Source: Kiritimatiellia bacterium (GTDB taxonomy: Bacteria > Verrucomicrobiota > Kiritimatiellia > JAAZAB01). From it: a DNA stretch of 64,000 nucleotides. Below are positions 8,957 through 18,470 of the stretch, piece by piece. The DNA lies in assembly GCA_040767085.1 (NCBI GenBank), contig JAXGPF010000012.1, positions 96,001-160,000 of the forward strand, written 5' to 3'. The notes below the pieces were generated by a model, which was not told the DNA's origin, did no database searches, and was given only the letters and a program-made list of their open reading frames with translations. Every line of letters begins with the position of its first letter. The first letter of the stretch is position 1. The position numbers and the translations under genes were made by a program.

Positions 8957-9775
8957 ATGGTTATGGAAGATTTTTTACGCATGGTGCTGGAAGAACGGCG
9001 GCGGGATGCCGCGGCGGCGGCCGCCCGCGAGCCCCTGGAAGCCTTGCAGGCGCGGGTGGCCAAGCCGGCCGGCCGCTGCAGTTTGTTCGAGCGTTTGCAG
9101 CGCGTGTCCGAATCCGAAGCCTGCATTGTGGCGGAAATCAAGCGCGCCAGCCCTTCCGCCGGTTTGTTGCGCGCGGCTTGCGATCCGGCCCGGATCGCCG
9201 GTGTTTATGAGCAGGCGGGCGCCGGCGGGGTGTCGGTGGTGACCGAGCCCCGGCATTTTCAGGGGCAGGCGGCCGACGTGGCCGCGGCGCGCGCCGCCAC
9301 GGCCCTGCCGATCCTGCGCAAGGATTTTTATTCCGTGCCTTACCAGATTTACGAGACGGCGGCTTTGGGCGCGGACGTGGTGCTGCTGATCGCCGCTTGC
9401 CTGGATTTCAGCCAGTTGCGCGATTTGTATATTGTGGCCCAGGCGATTGGCCTGGAAGTGGTGGTGGAAGTGCATACAGCGGATGAGTTGGAAATGGTGC
9501 TGCCGCTGGCCAACGCCGTGATCGGCGTCAACAGCCGCAACTTGCGGACCATGAAAACCGACCTGAACATCACCCGGGAGTTGAGCCGGATGATTCCGCC
9601 GGGCCGCCTGGCGATGGCGGAAAGCGGCATCCATACCCGCCGGGATGTCAAGGAATTGCGCGAACTCGGTTATCGCGGTTTTCTGATCGGCGAAGCGCTG
9701 ATGCGTTCCGCCAATCCCGGGTTGCTCTTGCGAATGCTGCTGGGACACACCCCGCAGCCGCGGCGGACGGCATGA
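8957..9775 (+). CDS. trpC: Indole-3-glycerol phosphate synthase
   Basis: AEIKRASPS, SVVTE, LRKDF, VEVH, GVNSRNL, AESGI; start may be 8963. Confidence 0.95.
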   Translation: MVMEDFLRMVLEERRRDAAAAAAREPLEALQARVAKPAGRCSLFERLQRVSESEACIVAEIKRASPSAGLLRAACDPARIAGVYEQAGAGGVSVVTEPRHFQGQAADVAAARAATALPILRKDFYSVPYQIYETAALGADVVLLIAACLDFSQLRDLYIVAQAIGLEVVVEVHTADELEMVLPLANAVIGVNSRNLRTMKTDLNITRELSRMIPPGRLAMAESGIHTRRDVKELRELGYRGFLIGEALMRSANPGLLLRMLLGHTPQPRRTA

Positions 9776-10419
9776 CGCCGTTCGCCATAAAAATCTGCGG
9801 CTTGACGAACTTGGACGATGCGCGCGCGGCGCGGGATGCCGGCGCGGATTTCCTGGGGTTTGTGCTGTTTCCCGGCTCCCCCCGCGCCGTGACGCCCGCG
9901 GCCCTGGCGCGGATTGCCGGACGCCTGGACCAGCCGCCCCCCTTGGTGGGGGTGTTTGTCAACCAGCCGGCGGACGAGGTGGCGCGGATTGCCGCCGCAT
10001 GCAACTTGGGCGCCGTGCAATTGCACGGCGATGAAACCTGGGCGGAGTATGCGTCGCTGGCGCCGCCGGTCTGGCGGGCTTTCCGGATGGTGCGGGGCAG
10101 GCCGCGGCCGGATCCCGCGGATTGGCCGGCGGCGAGGCTGGTCATGGATGCGGCGGCGGGCGGCAGTTATGGCGGTACGGGCCGCCGCGCGGATTGGCCG
10201 GCGGCCGCGCAACTGGCCCGCCGCTGGCCCTTGATGCTGGCCGGCGGCCTGACGCCGGAGAATGTGGCGGCGGCCATCCGGCGGGTGCGGCCGCTGGGCG
10301 TGGATGTGTCCGGCGGGGTGGAAGGCGCTCCGCGCCGCAAGGACCGCCGGCGGCTGCGGGAATTTGTGCGCGCCGCGCGGACCGCGGCCGCTGAAATGGA
10401 AAAAGGCAATGAGTGTTAA
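9772..10419 (+). CDS. trpF: Phosphoribosylanthranilate isomerase
   Basis: KICGLT, VQLHGDE, GGTG, LAGGL, DVSGGVE. Confidence 0.95.
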   Translation: MTPFAIKICGLTNLDDARAARDAGADFLGFVLFPGSPRAVTPAALARIAGRLDQPPPLVGVFVNQPADEVARIAAACNLGAVQLHGDETWAEYASLAPPVWRAFRMVRGRPRPDPADWPAARLVMDAAAGGSYGGTGRRADWPAAAQLARRWPLMLAGGLTPENVAAAIRRVRPLGVDVSGGVEGAPRRKDRRRLREFVRAARTAAAEMEKGNEC

Positions 10420-11638
10420 AAAAAATCGCGCAGTCCCGCGTTATCCGGATCGAGCCGGTCATTTCGGCGACTACGGCGGGCGGTATGTGGCTGAAACCCT
10501 GATGCCGGCCTTGCTGGAAATCGAGCGCGAGTACCGGCGGGCGGCCAGGGACGCGCGCTTCCGGCGCGAGTTCCAGCGGTTGCTGCGGGATTACGTCGGC
10601 CGGCCTTCGCCCCTGTATCATGCGGAACGCCTGTCGCAAGCCTGGGGCGGCGCCCGGGTGTTTTTGAAGCGCGAGGATTTGAACCATACCGGCGCCCATA
10701 AAATCAATAACACCATCGGCCAGGCCCTCCTGGCGCGGCGCATGGGCAAAAAACGCCTGATGGCCGAGACTGGCGCCGGCCAGCATGGCGTGGCTACGGC
10801 GACCGCGGCGGCCTTGTTCGGCATGGCCTGCGATGTTTACATGGGCGTCGAGGATATCCGGCGCCAGGCGCCGAATGTGCGCCGCATGGAATTTCTCGGC
10901 GCGCGCGTGCATCCGGTGGCCAGCGGCACGGCCACCCTCAAGGATGCCATGAGCGAAGCCCTGCGCGCCTGGGTGGCCTGCGTGGATGATACCTTTTACG
11001 TCATCGGCACCGTCGCGGGCCCGCATCCGTATCCCATGCTGGTGCAGGATTTCCAGAGCGTCATCGGGAGGGAAACCCGCGCCCAGGTGTTGCAGCAGGC
11101 CGGGCGTCTGCCGGATTTGGTGGCGGCCTGCGTCGGCGGCGGCAGCAATGCGGCGGGAATTTTTGATGCGTTCCTGGAAGATCGGCGGGTGGGCTTGCTG
11201 GGCGCGGAAGCCGCCGGTCTCGGCCTGGCCACCGGCCGCCATGCCGCCAGCATCAGCGCCGGAAGGATCGGCATCCTCCACGGCAACAAGAGTTACCTGC
11301 TGCAGGACGGCGACGGCCAGGTCCGCAACGCGCATTCCGTCAGCGCCGGACTGGATTATCCCGGTGTCGGCCCGGCCCATGCCGCGTGGGCGGATTGCGG
11401 CCGGGTGCAGTATGTCGGGATCACCGACCGCCAGGCTTTGCGGGCCTTTTATGAATTGACGCGCCTGGAGGGCATTTTGCCGGCCCTGGAATCCAGCCAT
11501 GCGCTGGCCGCGGCGCGCCCGCGCGCCCGCCGCCTTGGGCGCCGCGGCGTGCTGGTGGTGTGCTTGTCCGGCCGGGGCGACAAGGATTTGGACCACGTGG
11601 CGGCGGCCGGCCGGCCGCCGTTTAAAACAGGAACCTGA
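10409..11638 (+). CDS. trpB: Tryptophan synthase beta subunit
   Basis: [64 protein letters not shown]. Confidence 0.97.
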   Translation: MSVKKNRAVPRYPDRAGHFGDYGGRYVAETLMPALLEIEREYRRAARDARFRREFQRLLRDYVGRPSPLYHAERLSQAWGGARVFLKREDLNHTGAHKINNTIGQALLARRMGKKRLMAETGAGQHGVATATAAALFGMACDVYMGVEDIRRQAPNVRRMEFLGARVHPVASGTATLKDAMSEALRAWVACVDDTFYVIGTVAGPHPYPMLVQDFQSVIGRETRAQVLQQAGRLPDLVAACVGGGSNAAGIFDAFLEDRRVGLLGAEAAGLGLATGRHAASISAGRIGILHGNKSYLLQDGDGQVRNAHSVSAGLDYPGVGPAHAAWADCGRVQYVGITDRQALRAFYELTRLEGILPALESSHALAAARPRARRLGRRGVLVVCLSGRGDKDLDHVAAAGRPPFKTGT

Positions 11639-11645
11639 TCGGCTT

Positions 11646-12434
11646 ATGTCTCGTTTATCCGATTGTTTTACGCAGTTGCGCCGGAGCCGGCGCAAGGCCC
11701 TGGTGGGATACCTTACGGCGGGCGACCCGGACCTGGCGCAGTCCGAGCGCGATATGCGGATTGCCTTGCGCAATGGCGTGGATGTCCTGGAAATCGGCGT
11801 GCCTTTTTCCGATCCCACGGCGGATGGCCCGGTGATTCAGGCCGCCGGCCGCCGGGCGCTGGATGCCGGAGCCAACCTGCGGCGTATCCTGGCCATGGTC
11901 CGGCGGCTGCGCCGCGACTTCCCGGCCGCGCCCATGATCCTCTTCAGCTACGCCAATCCCCTGCTGGCCTACGGCTATGAACAACTTTGCCGGGATGCCG
12001 CGGCTGCCGGGGTGGACGGCTTGCTGGCGGTGGATCTGCCCTTCGAGGAATCGGAGGAATTGCGCCGCTGGATGCGGCCGCTGGGATTGCAATTCGTCCA
12101 GTTGATCGCGCCGACAACGCCCGCGGCGCGCATGCGGCGGATTCTGGCGGGCGCCGACGGTTTCGTCTATTACATCCTGGTGAAAGGCGTGACGGGCGGC
12201 AGTTCCCGGCTGACGCCGGCGGCGATCGGGCACTTACGGCAACTTGCCGGGTGCACGGATTTGCCGGTGGCGGTGGGATTCGGCGTGCGCACGGCCGGGC
12301 AGGCGCGCCGGATTGCGCGTTATGCCGATGCCGTCGTGGTAGGCAGCGCGCTGGTGGAGGCCGCCCGCCGGCGCCGCCTGGCCGCCTTCGTGCGCGAGCT
12401 GGCCGCGGCCCTGGGGCGCCGGAAAGAAAAATGA
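11646..12434 (+). CDS. trpA: Tryptophan synthase alpha subunit
   Basis: YLTAGDP, EIGVPFSDPTADGPVIQ, GVTG, VGFG, VVGSA. Confidence 0.96.
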   Translation: MSRLSDCFTQLRRSRRKALVGYLTAGDPDLAQSERDMRIALRNGVDVLEIGVPFSDPTADGPVIQAAGRRALDAGANLRRILAMVRRLRRDFPAAPMILFSYANPLLAYGYEQLCRDAAAAGVDGLLAVDLPFEESEELRRWMRPLGLQFVQLIAPTTPAARMRRILAGADGFVYYILVKGVTGGSSRLTPAAIGHLRQLAGCTDLPVAVGFGVRTAGQARRIARYADAVVVGSALVEAARRRRLAAFVRELAAALGRRKEK

Positions 12435-12438
12435 TTTT

Positions 12439-13161
12439 GTGCAGCATCCGTCCGACATAATCTACGGCGTCAACCCGGCGTTTGAAGTGGTGCGCGCCGG
12501 CCGGCGCGCGGTGCGGCGCGCCTGGCTGGCCGCCGGCGCCGCCGACAGTCCGCGGTTGCGCAAGCTGGCGGAAATGCTGGCCCGCGCCGGCGTGCCGGTG
12601 GAAAAAGCCGGCAAGGATGTTGTCGCCCGGCATTGCCGCAGCCCGGAACACCAGGGCGTGGCGCTGGAAACGGCGCCGTATCCCTATGCGCCGCTGGCGG
12701 AATTGCTGGCGGCGCGGCGCCTGCTGCTGCTGGATAACGTGGAAGACCCGCAGAATGTGGGCGCAATTTTGCGCAGCGCCGAAGTGTTCGGCTGGTCGAA
12801 TGTGCTGTTGCCCAACCGCGGCGTGCCGGAAATTTACGCCTCGGTGGTCAAGGCCTCCGCGGGCGCCACGGAGCATTTGAACATTTGCAGGGAATGCACG
12901 GCCAATGGTTACGTCCGCCAGGCGCTGGCCGCGGGGTACCGCCTGGTGGCGCTGGACAGCAAAGGCCGCGACGATTTGACCCGGATCGCCGGCGCGCGGC
13001 TGGAGAAGATTTTGCTGGTGATCGGCGGCGAACATCATGGGGTAGGGCAGTATATTTTGAACCAGGCGCACCATGTGGCCGGCATTCCGCAACGGGGCAG
13101 GACAACGTCGTTGAATGCTTCCGTGGCCGCCGGGATTGCGCTGTTTTTGCTGGGAGGGTAA
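12439..13161 (+). CDS. TrmH/SpoU family RNA methyltransferase (RlmB-like)
   Basis: IYGVN, HQGV, LDNVEDPQNVGAILRSA, KASAGA, IGGE..G, SLNASVA. Confidence 0.9.
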   Translation: MQHPSDIIYGVNPAFEVVRAGRRAVRRAWLAAGAADSPRLRKLAEMLARAGVPVEKAGKDVVARHCRSPEHQGVALETAPYPYAPLAELLAARRLLLLDNVEDPQNVGAILRSAEVFGWSNVLLPNRGVPEIYASVVKASAGATEHLNICRECTANGYVRQALAAGYRLVALDSKGRDDLTRIAGARLEKILLVIGGEHHGVGQYILNQAHHVAGIPQRGRTTSLNASVAAGIALFLLGG

Positions 13162-13162
13162 T

Positions 13163-13735
13163 GTGCCGACCGCATTAATTATTCATGGCACGTGTTCGCA
13201 AGAGGAGTATCTGGACGAACGCTATCCTTCTTCCATCAACAGCCATTGGCTGCCCTGGCTGCTGAAACAATTGCTGATGGCCGGCTATGCCGCGCAGACT
13301 CCCACCATGCCGCTGGCGTATCAGCCGGTTTACGCCGATTGGGCGCGGGAATTTCAGCGGCACGAACTCGGCCCGGAATCCCTGCTGGTCGGACACAGTT
13401 GCGGCAGCGGCTTCCTCCTGCGCTGGCTGGCGGAAAATCCCGTGCCCGTCCGCCGCCTGGTGCTGGTGGCGCCCTGGCTGGATCCGTTCGGCCGGAAGTG
13501 TCCGGATTTTTTCAGGTTCGACCTGGACCCCGCCTTGTCCGCCCGGGCGGAAATGCACCTGGTATTTTCCGACAATGACGGCGCGGACATCAACGAATCG
13601 GTCCGGCGCATTCTGGCGGCGTATCCGAGCGTCAAACAGCATCTCTTCCCCGGGTACGGTCATTTCTGTTATGCCAACCTGCGCACGGCGGAATTTCCGG
13701 AACTGCGCGGGATCGTGCTGCGCGGGCTGAATTGA
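13163..13735 (+). CDS. Alpha/beta hydrolase (RBBP9/YdeN-like serine hydrolase)
   Basis: IIHG, HWLPWL, VGHSCG nucleophile elbow, LVAP, SDND, GHF; GTG start after GGAGG. Confidence 0.85.
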   Translation: MPTALIIHGTCSQEEYLDERYPSSINSHWLPWLLKQLLMAGYAAQTPTMPLAYQPVYADWAREFQRHELGPESLLVGHSCGSGFLLRWLAENPVPVRRLVLVAPWLDPFGRKCPDFFRFDLDPALSARAEMHLVFSDNDGADINESVRRILAAYPSVKQHLFPGYGHFCYANLRTAEFPELRGIVLRGLN

Positions 13736-13892
13736 CTTTGCCGTTTCCGGCCTGTGGCGCAATCCCAGTGCGGAGCGCCGAACGCAGTTCGGCCACTACA
13801 ACCGGAACGTGACTCCCGCCCGATAATGATTGCAAAATTTCCGCGGAACATGCACAATAACCAGCAATTAACCTATTTCGGAGGAAATCATC

Positions 13893-15098
13893 ATGGCAGC
13901 GAAAACGACGAAAACGGCGAAGGCGGTCAATGTGGCGTTGATTGGGCAGGCATTCATGGGCCGGGCGCATTCCAACGCCTGGAGCCAGGTCAACCGGTTC
14001 TGCAACCCGCCGCGCCGGGCGGCGCTGCACACCATCTGCGCCGCGCATGCCGAAACGCTCTCCGCCTTTGCGGAGCAATGGGGCTGGCAGCATCACTCCA
14101 CCGATTGGAAGGCGGTCTGCCGGGACCCGGAGGTGGACCTGGTGGACATCGGCACGCCGAATTACCTACACCTGCCGATGGCGCGCGCGGCCTTGCAAGC
14201 CGGCAAGCACGTGGCCTGCGAGAAGCCCCTGGCCGGGACCTTGAAAGATGCCCGGGAAATGCTGGCGCTGGCGCGGCGCGCGCCGGGCCGCACGTTTGTC
14301 TGGTACAATTACCGCCGCTGTCCGGCGGTGGCCTTCGCGCATCAACTGGTGCGCCAGGGCAAGCTCGGGCGCATCCGCCATGTGCGCGCCTGCTATCTGC
14401 AATCGTGGGGCGATGAATCCGTGCCGCTGGCCTGGCGCTTCGACAAAAAACTGGCAGGGTCCGGCGCGCACGGCGATTTGAACGCGCATATCGTGGATAT
14501 GACGCGCTTTGTCTCAGGCGAGGAAATCACGGAAATCTGCGGCGCCATTGCCGAGACGTTTGTCAAGGAACGCAGCTTGATGGCCGGCGCGGCGGCCGGC
14601 GGCATCGCCGCCGGTTTGAATGCCCGGCGCGGCAAAGGGCGGGTGACGGTGGACGATTGCGTCCTGTTCCTGGCGCGGTTCAGCGGCGGCGCGGTGGCCA
14701 GCTTTGAAGCGGCGCGCCAGGCCACGGGTAATTTCAACCGGCATGGTTTTGAAATGGACGGCACCAAGGGCGCCTTGCGCTTCAATTTCGAGGATATGAA
14801 TTCCCTGGAATATTTCGATGCCACCGCGCCGCGGCCGTTGCAGGGCTGGACCCGCATTTTCTGCACCAACGCCGGCAGCCATCCCTATGCCGGGTTCTGG
14901 TGGCCGGACGTCCACATCATCGGCTACGAACACGGGTTTACCAACATGGCCTACGATATCCTGTCCGTGCTGGCGGGACGCAAGCCCGTGGTGCCGCTGC
15001 CGGACTTCGCCGACGCCTACCAGACCCAGCGGGTGCTGGAAGCGGCGCTGATTGCTGCGCGGACGAAACAGTGGGTGAGTTTGAGCAGTGTGAACTGA
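13893..15098 (+). CDS. Gfo/Idh/MocA family oxidoreductase
   Basis: IGQAFMG, DIGTPN..H, HVACEKP, NYR, GAHGDLNAH..D. Confidence 0.92.
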   Translation: MAAKTTKTAKAVNVALIGQAFMGRAHSNAWSQVNRFCNPPRRAALHTICAAHAETLSAFAEQWGWQHHSTDWKAVCRDPEVDLVDIGTPNYLHLPMARAALQAGKHVACEKPLAGTLKDAREMLALARRAPGRTFVWYNYRRCPAVAFAHQLVRQGKLGRIRHVRACYLQSWGDESVPLAWRFDKKLAGSGAHGDLNAHIVDMTRFVSGEEITEICGAIAETFVKERSLMAGAAAGGIAAGLNARRGKGRVTVDDCVLFLARFSGGAVASFEAARQATGNFNRHGFEMDGTKGALRFNFEDMNSLEYFDATAPRPLQGWTRIFCTNAGSHPYAGFWWPDVHIIGYEHGFTNMAYDILSVLAGRKPVVPLPDFADAYQTQRVLEAALIAARTKQWVSLSSVN

Positions 15099-15119
15099 AT
15101 CCGTGACGCGCGGCGGGTT

Positions 15120-15560
15120 TTATGCGGGCGTTCCCGGCGCCGGCGCGAGCAGTTGGCGCAATTCCGCGGGCGGGCGTATCACACGCCCATCGCGGCCGAG
15201 GCAGACATGCACCGTGTAGCCGGCGGCGATGATGTCCGGCGCGCCGGCGCCGCGCGTAATTTCGTAACGGATAGTCAGCCGCACGCCCTTGATCTCGCAG
15301 CGTGACGCGACCGTCAGCAGGTCGTCGAAATGCGCCGGCGTTTTGTATTCGCAGTGGGCTTCAATCACCGGCAGGAACACCCCCCGGGCTTCCAGTTCGC
15401 CGTAGGGCAGGCCGATTTCGCGCAGCATTTCCGAACGCGCCATCTCGAAATACACCAGGTAGTTGGCGTAGTAAACGTAGCGCATCTGGTCGGTATGCGC
15501 GTAAGGCACGCGGATCGCGTGCCGGAATATCTTGCCGGCGTTGTCCGGTGAAGTTGACAT
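15120..15560 (-). CDS. Acyl-CoA thioesterase (YbgC/4HBT hot-dog fold)
   Basis: RVPYAHTDQM..VYYANYLVYFEMAR, YKTPAHFDD. Confidence 0.88.
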   Translation of the reverse strand: MSTSPDNAGKIFRHAIRVPYAHTDQMRYVYYANYLVYFEMARSEMLREIGLPYGELEARGVFLPVIEAHCEYKTPAHFDDLLTVASRCEIKGVRLTIRYEITRGAGAPDIIAAGYTVHVCLGRDGRVIRPPAELRQLLAPAPGTPA

Positions 15561-15816
15561 GCGCCTGAAATCTGCCAGTTCCGGCGGGGAAAGTCAAGCC
15601 GTCATCGCCTCTGTATCTGGCCTTTGGATTAGCATCAGATTGTCTTTTGCGCTTGCACATGACGCCGCCTTTATGCATCTTATGCGGTAATTTTTGCGGC
15701 AATGAGTCCCCCCATGCCGGCCGATTTAATGCCTCAAGCCTGCACGGACTACGCCATGCAGGACAAAAAGTGCGTTTTGTGGTCAACCGTCAATGCGCGG
15801 CATAAAGGAGAGCGCC

Positions 15817-16611
15817 ATGCGTAATCTGCACAAATATGAAGAGTTGTTTCCGGATGAATTCGCCGCGGAAGTCAAGCGCAAGCCGATCGTTTATTGTTCA
15901 TTTGGGCCGGTGGAATATCACGGCCCGCATGGCGCGCTCGGCATGGATTACCTGAAAGGTTACGAAATCTGCCTGCGCGCGGTGGAAATATCCGGCGGCA
16001 TCGTTTATCCGTTGCTGCCGATCGCGCCCGGCGGCAATCCATTGATGAGCCGGGATGAATTACGCGCGATCGCGAAAATAGCGTACCCCGGCGTGTTTAC
16101 CAGCGCCGAGTTGTGCGAAAAACTATACGCGGAGCTTTTTGAAACTTTTGCCGAGGATATCGGATTCAAGGTCTGTGTCGTCATGGGATCGCATGGGCCG
16201 GCCGGAATTCTGGCGAAAAAAATCGCCGCGGAAAATCCGTCGTTGAAGGGCATGAAAATCATCGCGGCGGGCAGTTTGTCGCACAACCTGGATTTGGTCA
16301 AGGCCGAATATGCGCGCCTGGGCATCCAGCGCATCAGCCATGGCGGCATGTGGGAATCCGCCATGCTGATGGTCAGCAATCCGGAACTGGTTGATCCGGA
16401 AAAATTAAAGACGGTGCCGCCCGGCCCGGCCGAGGAATATTCGGATAAAAAATACGGACCGCACACGCGGCCGGATTACGAGGAAATATCCAAGGTGTCG
16501 CGGGAATTTGGCGAGCGTCTGATCCAGACCGCGGCGGAAAGAATCGCCGCCGCGGCCCTGGCGGCGCTGGAACAGACCTGGCGGGCCACGGGTCAGGCGC
16601 CCCGCTTGTAG
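15817..16611 (+). CDS. Creatininase family amidohydrolase
   Basis: G.VEYHGPH...G.D, GSHG, HGGMWES metal-binding motifs; AAGGAG RBS. Confidence 0.85.
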   Translation: MRNLHKYEELFPDEFAAEVKRKPIVYCSFGPVEYHGPHGALGMDYLKGYEICLRAVEISGGIVYPLLPIAPGGNPLMSRDELRAIAKIAYPGVFTSAELCEKLYAELFETFAEDIGFKVCVVMGSHGPAGILAKKIAAENPSLKGMKIIAAGSLSHNLDLVKAEYARLGIQRISHGGMWESAMLMVSNPELVDPEKLKTVPPGPAEEYSDKKYGPHTRPDYEEISKVSREFGERLIQTAAERIAAAALAALEQTWRATGQAPRL

Positions 16612-17489
16612 GCCAGCAGGAGCCCGGCGCCGACCACCAGGAGGCCTCCGGCGACCTTGGCGCCCGTGAGCGTTTCCCCCAGCAGGAGGCACGAGAAAAC
16701 GAGGGTGACGACCGGTTCGGCCATGGAAAGCATGGAAGCCTGCACCGGGCCGATGCGCTTCAATCCGGCAAAAAACGTGACCGTGGCCAGCACGGTGGAT
16801 ATCACGGCAATGCAGACCACGGCGGCCCAGCCGGCCGCCGTCCCCGGCAATTGCAGGCCGCGGTGCAGCACGGCGGCGGCGTAAGTCACGGCCGCCGCCG
16901 CGCTGATCAGGGCCGCCGCGGTGGTGGAGTCCGTGTGCCGGAGCGCCGCCGTACCGACGATAATATACGTCGAATAAATCAGCGCCGCCATCAGGGCCCA
17001 GAATATCCCCCAGCCCTGTCCCCCGGGCTGGAAGCCGACCACCAGGACGATGCCGGCGAAGGCCAGTCCCAGCGCCAGCATTTCACGGACCCGGATCGGG
17101 TGGCGCAATACGGCCACGGACAGGATGGTCACCAGCGCGGGATAGGTGTAAAGCAGCAAGGCCACCGTGCCGGCCGGCGCCAGGGTCAAGGCGGTGAAAT
17201 AACTGAAAGACTGCCCGGCATATCCGAGCGCGCCCATGCCGGCAAGCAGCAGGAGTGTTTTGCCGCGCGGCAGCCTGGCGCCGCGCAGGAACAGCCAGGC
17301 CGACATTAACAGCGCCGCCATGCCGAACCGCAGAAAGAGTATGGAGACCGGGTCCGCGCCGGAACGATACGCGGCATAGGCAAAGACCGGCATGGCGCCG
17401 AAAGCGGTGGCGGAGGCCAGAATCAAGAGCATGCCGGCCGAACGGCGGCCGGAAGGTTTGGATGTCGCCTGCATGACTTGCCTGATCAC
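16593..17489 (-). CDS. DMT/EamA family transporter
   Basis: About 10 hydrophobic helices in two EamA repeats (LRF, YTYP, EPVVT); start may be 17474. Confidence 0.88.
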   Translation of the reverse strand: MIRQVMQATSKPSGRRSAGMLLILASATAFGAMPVFAYAAYRSGADPVSILFLRFGMAALLMSAWLFLRGARLPRGKTLLLLAGMGALGYAGQSFSYFTALTLAPAGTVALLLYTYPALVTILSVAVLRHPIRVREMLALGLAFAGIVLVVGFQPGGQGWGIFWALMAALIYSTYIIVGTAALRHTDSTTAAALISAAAAVTYAAAVLHRGLQLPGTAAGWAAVVCIAVISTVLATVTFFAGLKRIGPVQASMLSMAEPVVTLVFSCLLLGETLTGAKVAGGLLVVGAGLLLAYKRGA

Positions 17490-17589
17490 GAGTTGCGCGC
17501 GGAAGGTGAATGAGCGGCACGGTAGATGTTTCAGCCGCGCCAGTCAAAACAAATTTTCAGGCGGTAGCATCCCCAGGGAAACCGCTTTA

Positions 17590-17812
17590 TGCTCTCACAA
17601 AGCCGTAAAAAAGATGCGGATAATTACCACGGAACCTTTTTTATCCACAGATTACACAGATTTTCGGCCGCAAAGAAGATGGGAATTGTTTACCACAGAG
17701 ACGGATGAGCCGATGGAGGGATTAGCCACCCGCCTTCGCTCGGATGCTATGGCGGACACAGCCTGCCTTCGCAAAAGCTACGGCGGGCAAGCATAGGCAC
17801 AGAAAAGAGCAT
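17590..17812 (+). repeat. Cluster of stacked repeat arms and two ~30-nt hairpin repeats
   Basis: CTCACAAAG, ACCACGGA, CCACAGATTACACAGAT, ACCACAGAGACGGATGAG; CCCGCCTTCGCTCGGATGCTATGGCGGACA and CCTGCCTTCGCAAAAGCTACGGCGGGCAAG. Confidence 0.6.
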
Positions 17813-18341
17813 AGTTGTAATGGAATTGACTGGGATGCCGCGCTGTCCGCCAGGCGGACAGGGATCGGTTGACACGCTGATACGCGAATCAATTCGGTTA
17901 TCAGCGCGGCAGCCGATCCGTCAGACCGGCAGATGCCGGTCCGGCGCGGCAATTGGCAATAAATCTAATGATTTTGCGTATTTTGTGGCTAAACTTACTC
18001 TGCTTTGTGTTCCCGGCAAAGACGATGCTATTGCCAGAAAACCGGAACTTGAAATTAATGCAATCTCCAATTTTCTTAACGAATATTGATGTTTTCGGGT
18101 GATAAATTATATCTGGGTGACGACAGTGAAAAAATTATTAAAAAATGGTCAGAACGTCCATTGCCAATCCGGCGGAACAAGTATATCATTCGCTTTTTAA
18201 AAATTTGCCAGCGGTGTGATCCACAAGCGACATGGAATTTGCGCATATGCAAAAATTCATCCTGCGTTATGATGCCGGGCGGGTGCGGGTAACCAACCGC
18301 CGAATGGAAATGGTGGCGCAGGGGAAAAATCCCGACCGCGT

Positions 18342-18464
18342 GCCGATATTTTACAACACTCCGCGCCAGGGGGCGGGTTCATTTACGGCACTTCGCATAG
18401 CGTGATGCCGGGCGCCCGACATGAGAATTATCTGGCCATACTGGAGGTTTTGTCTCCACTGTAA
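18342..18464 (+). pseudogene. C-terminal remnant of a uroporphyrinogen decarboxylase (URO-D/MtaA-CmuA) family gene
   Basis: Translates ADILQHSAPGGGFIYGTSHSVMPGARHENYLAILEVLSPL*; upstream frame is closed by TGA at 18270 with no start. Confidence 0.65.
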
Positions 18465-18470
18465 GGTGAT

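Noticed and set aside
15650-15790. Riboswitch upstream of the creatininase-family gene
   Set aside because: Only one hairpin (CCTGCACGG..CCATGCAGG); no recognisable aptamer consensus. An Rfam scan would settle it.
17820-18292. Short AT-rich ORFs (89 and 68 aa)
   Set aside because: No recognisable motif or RBS; may be gene debris but I cannot support a call.
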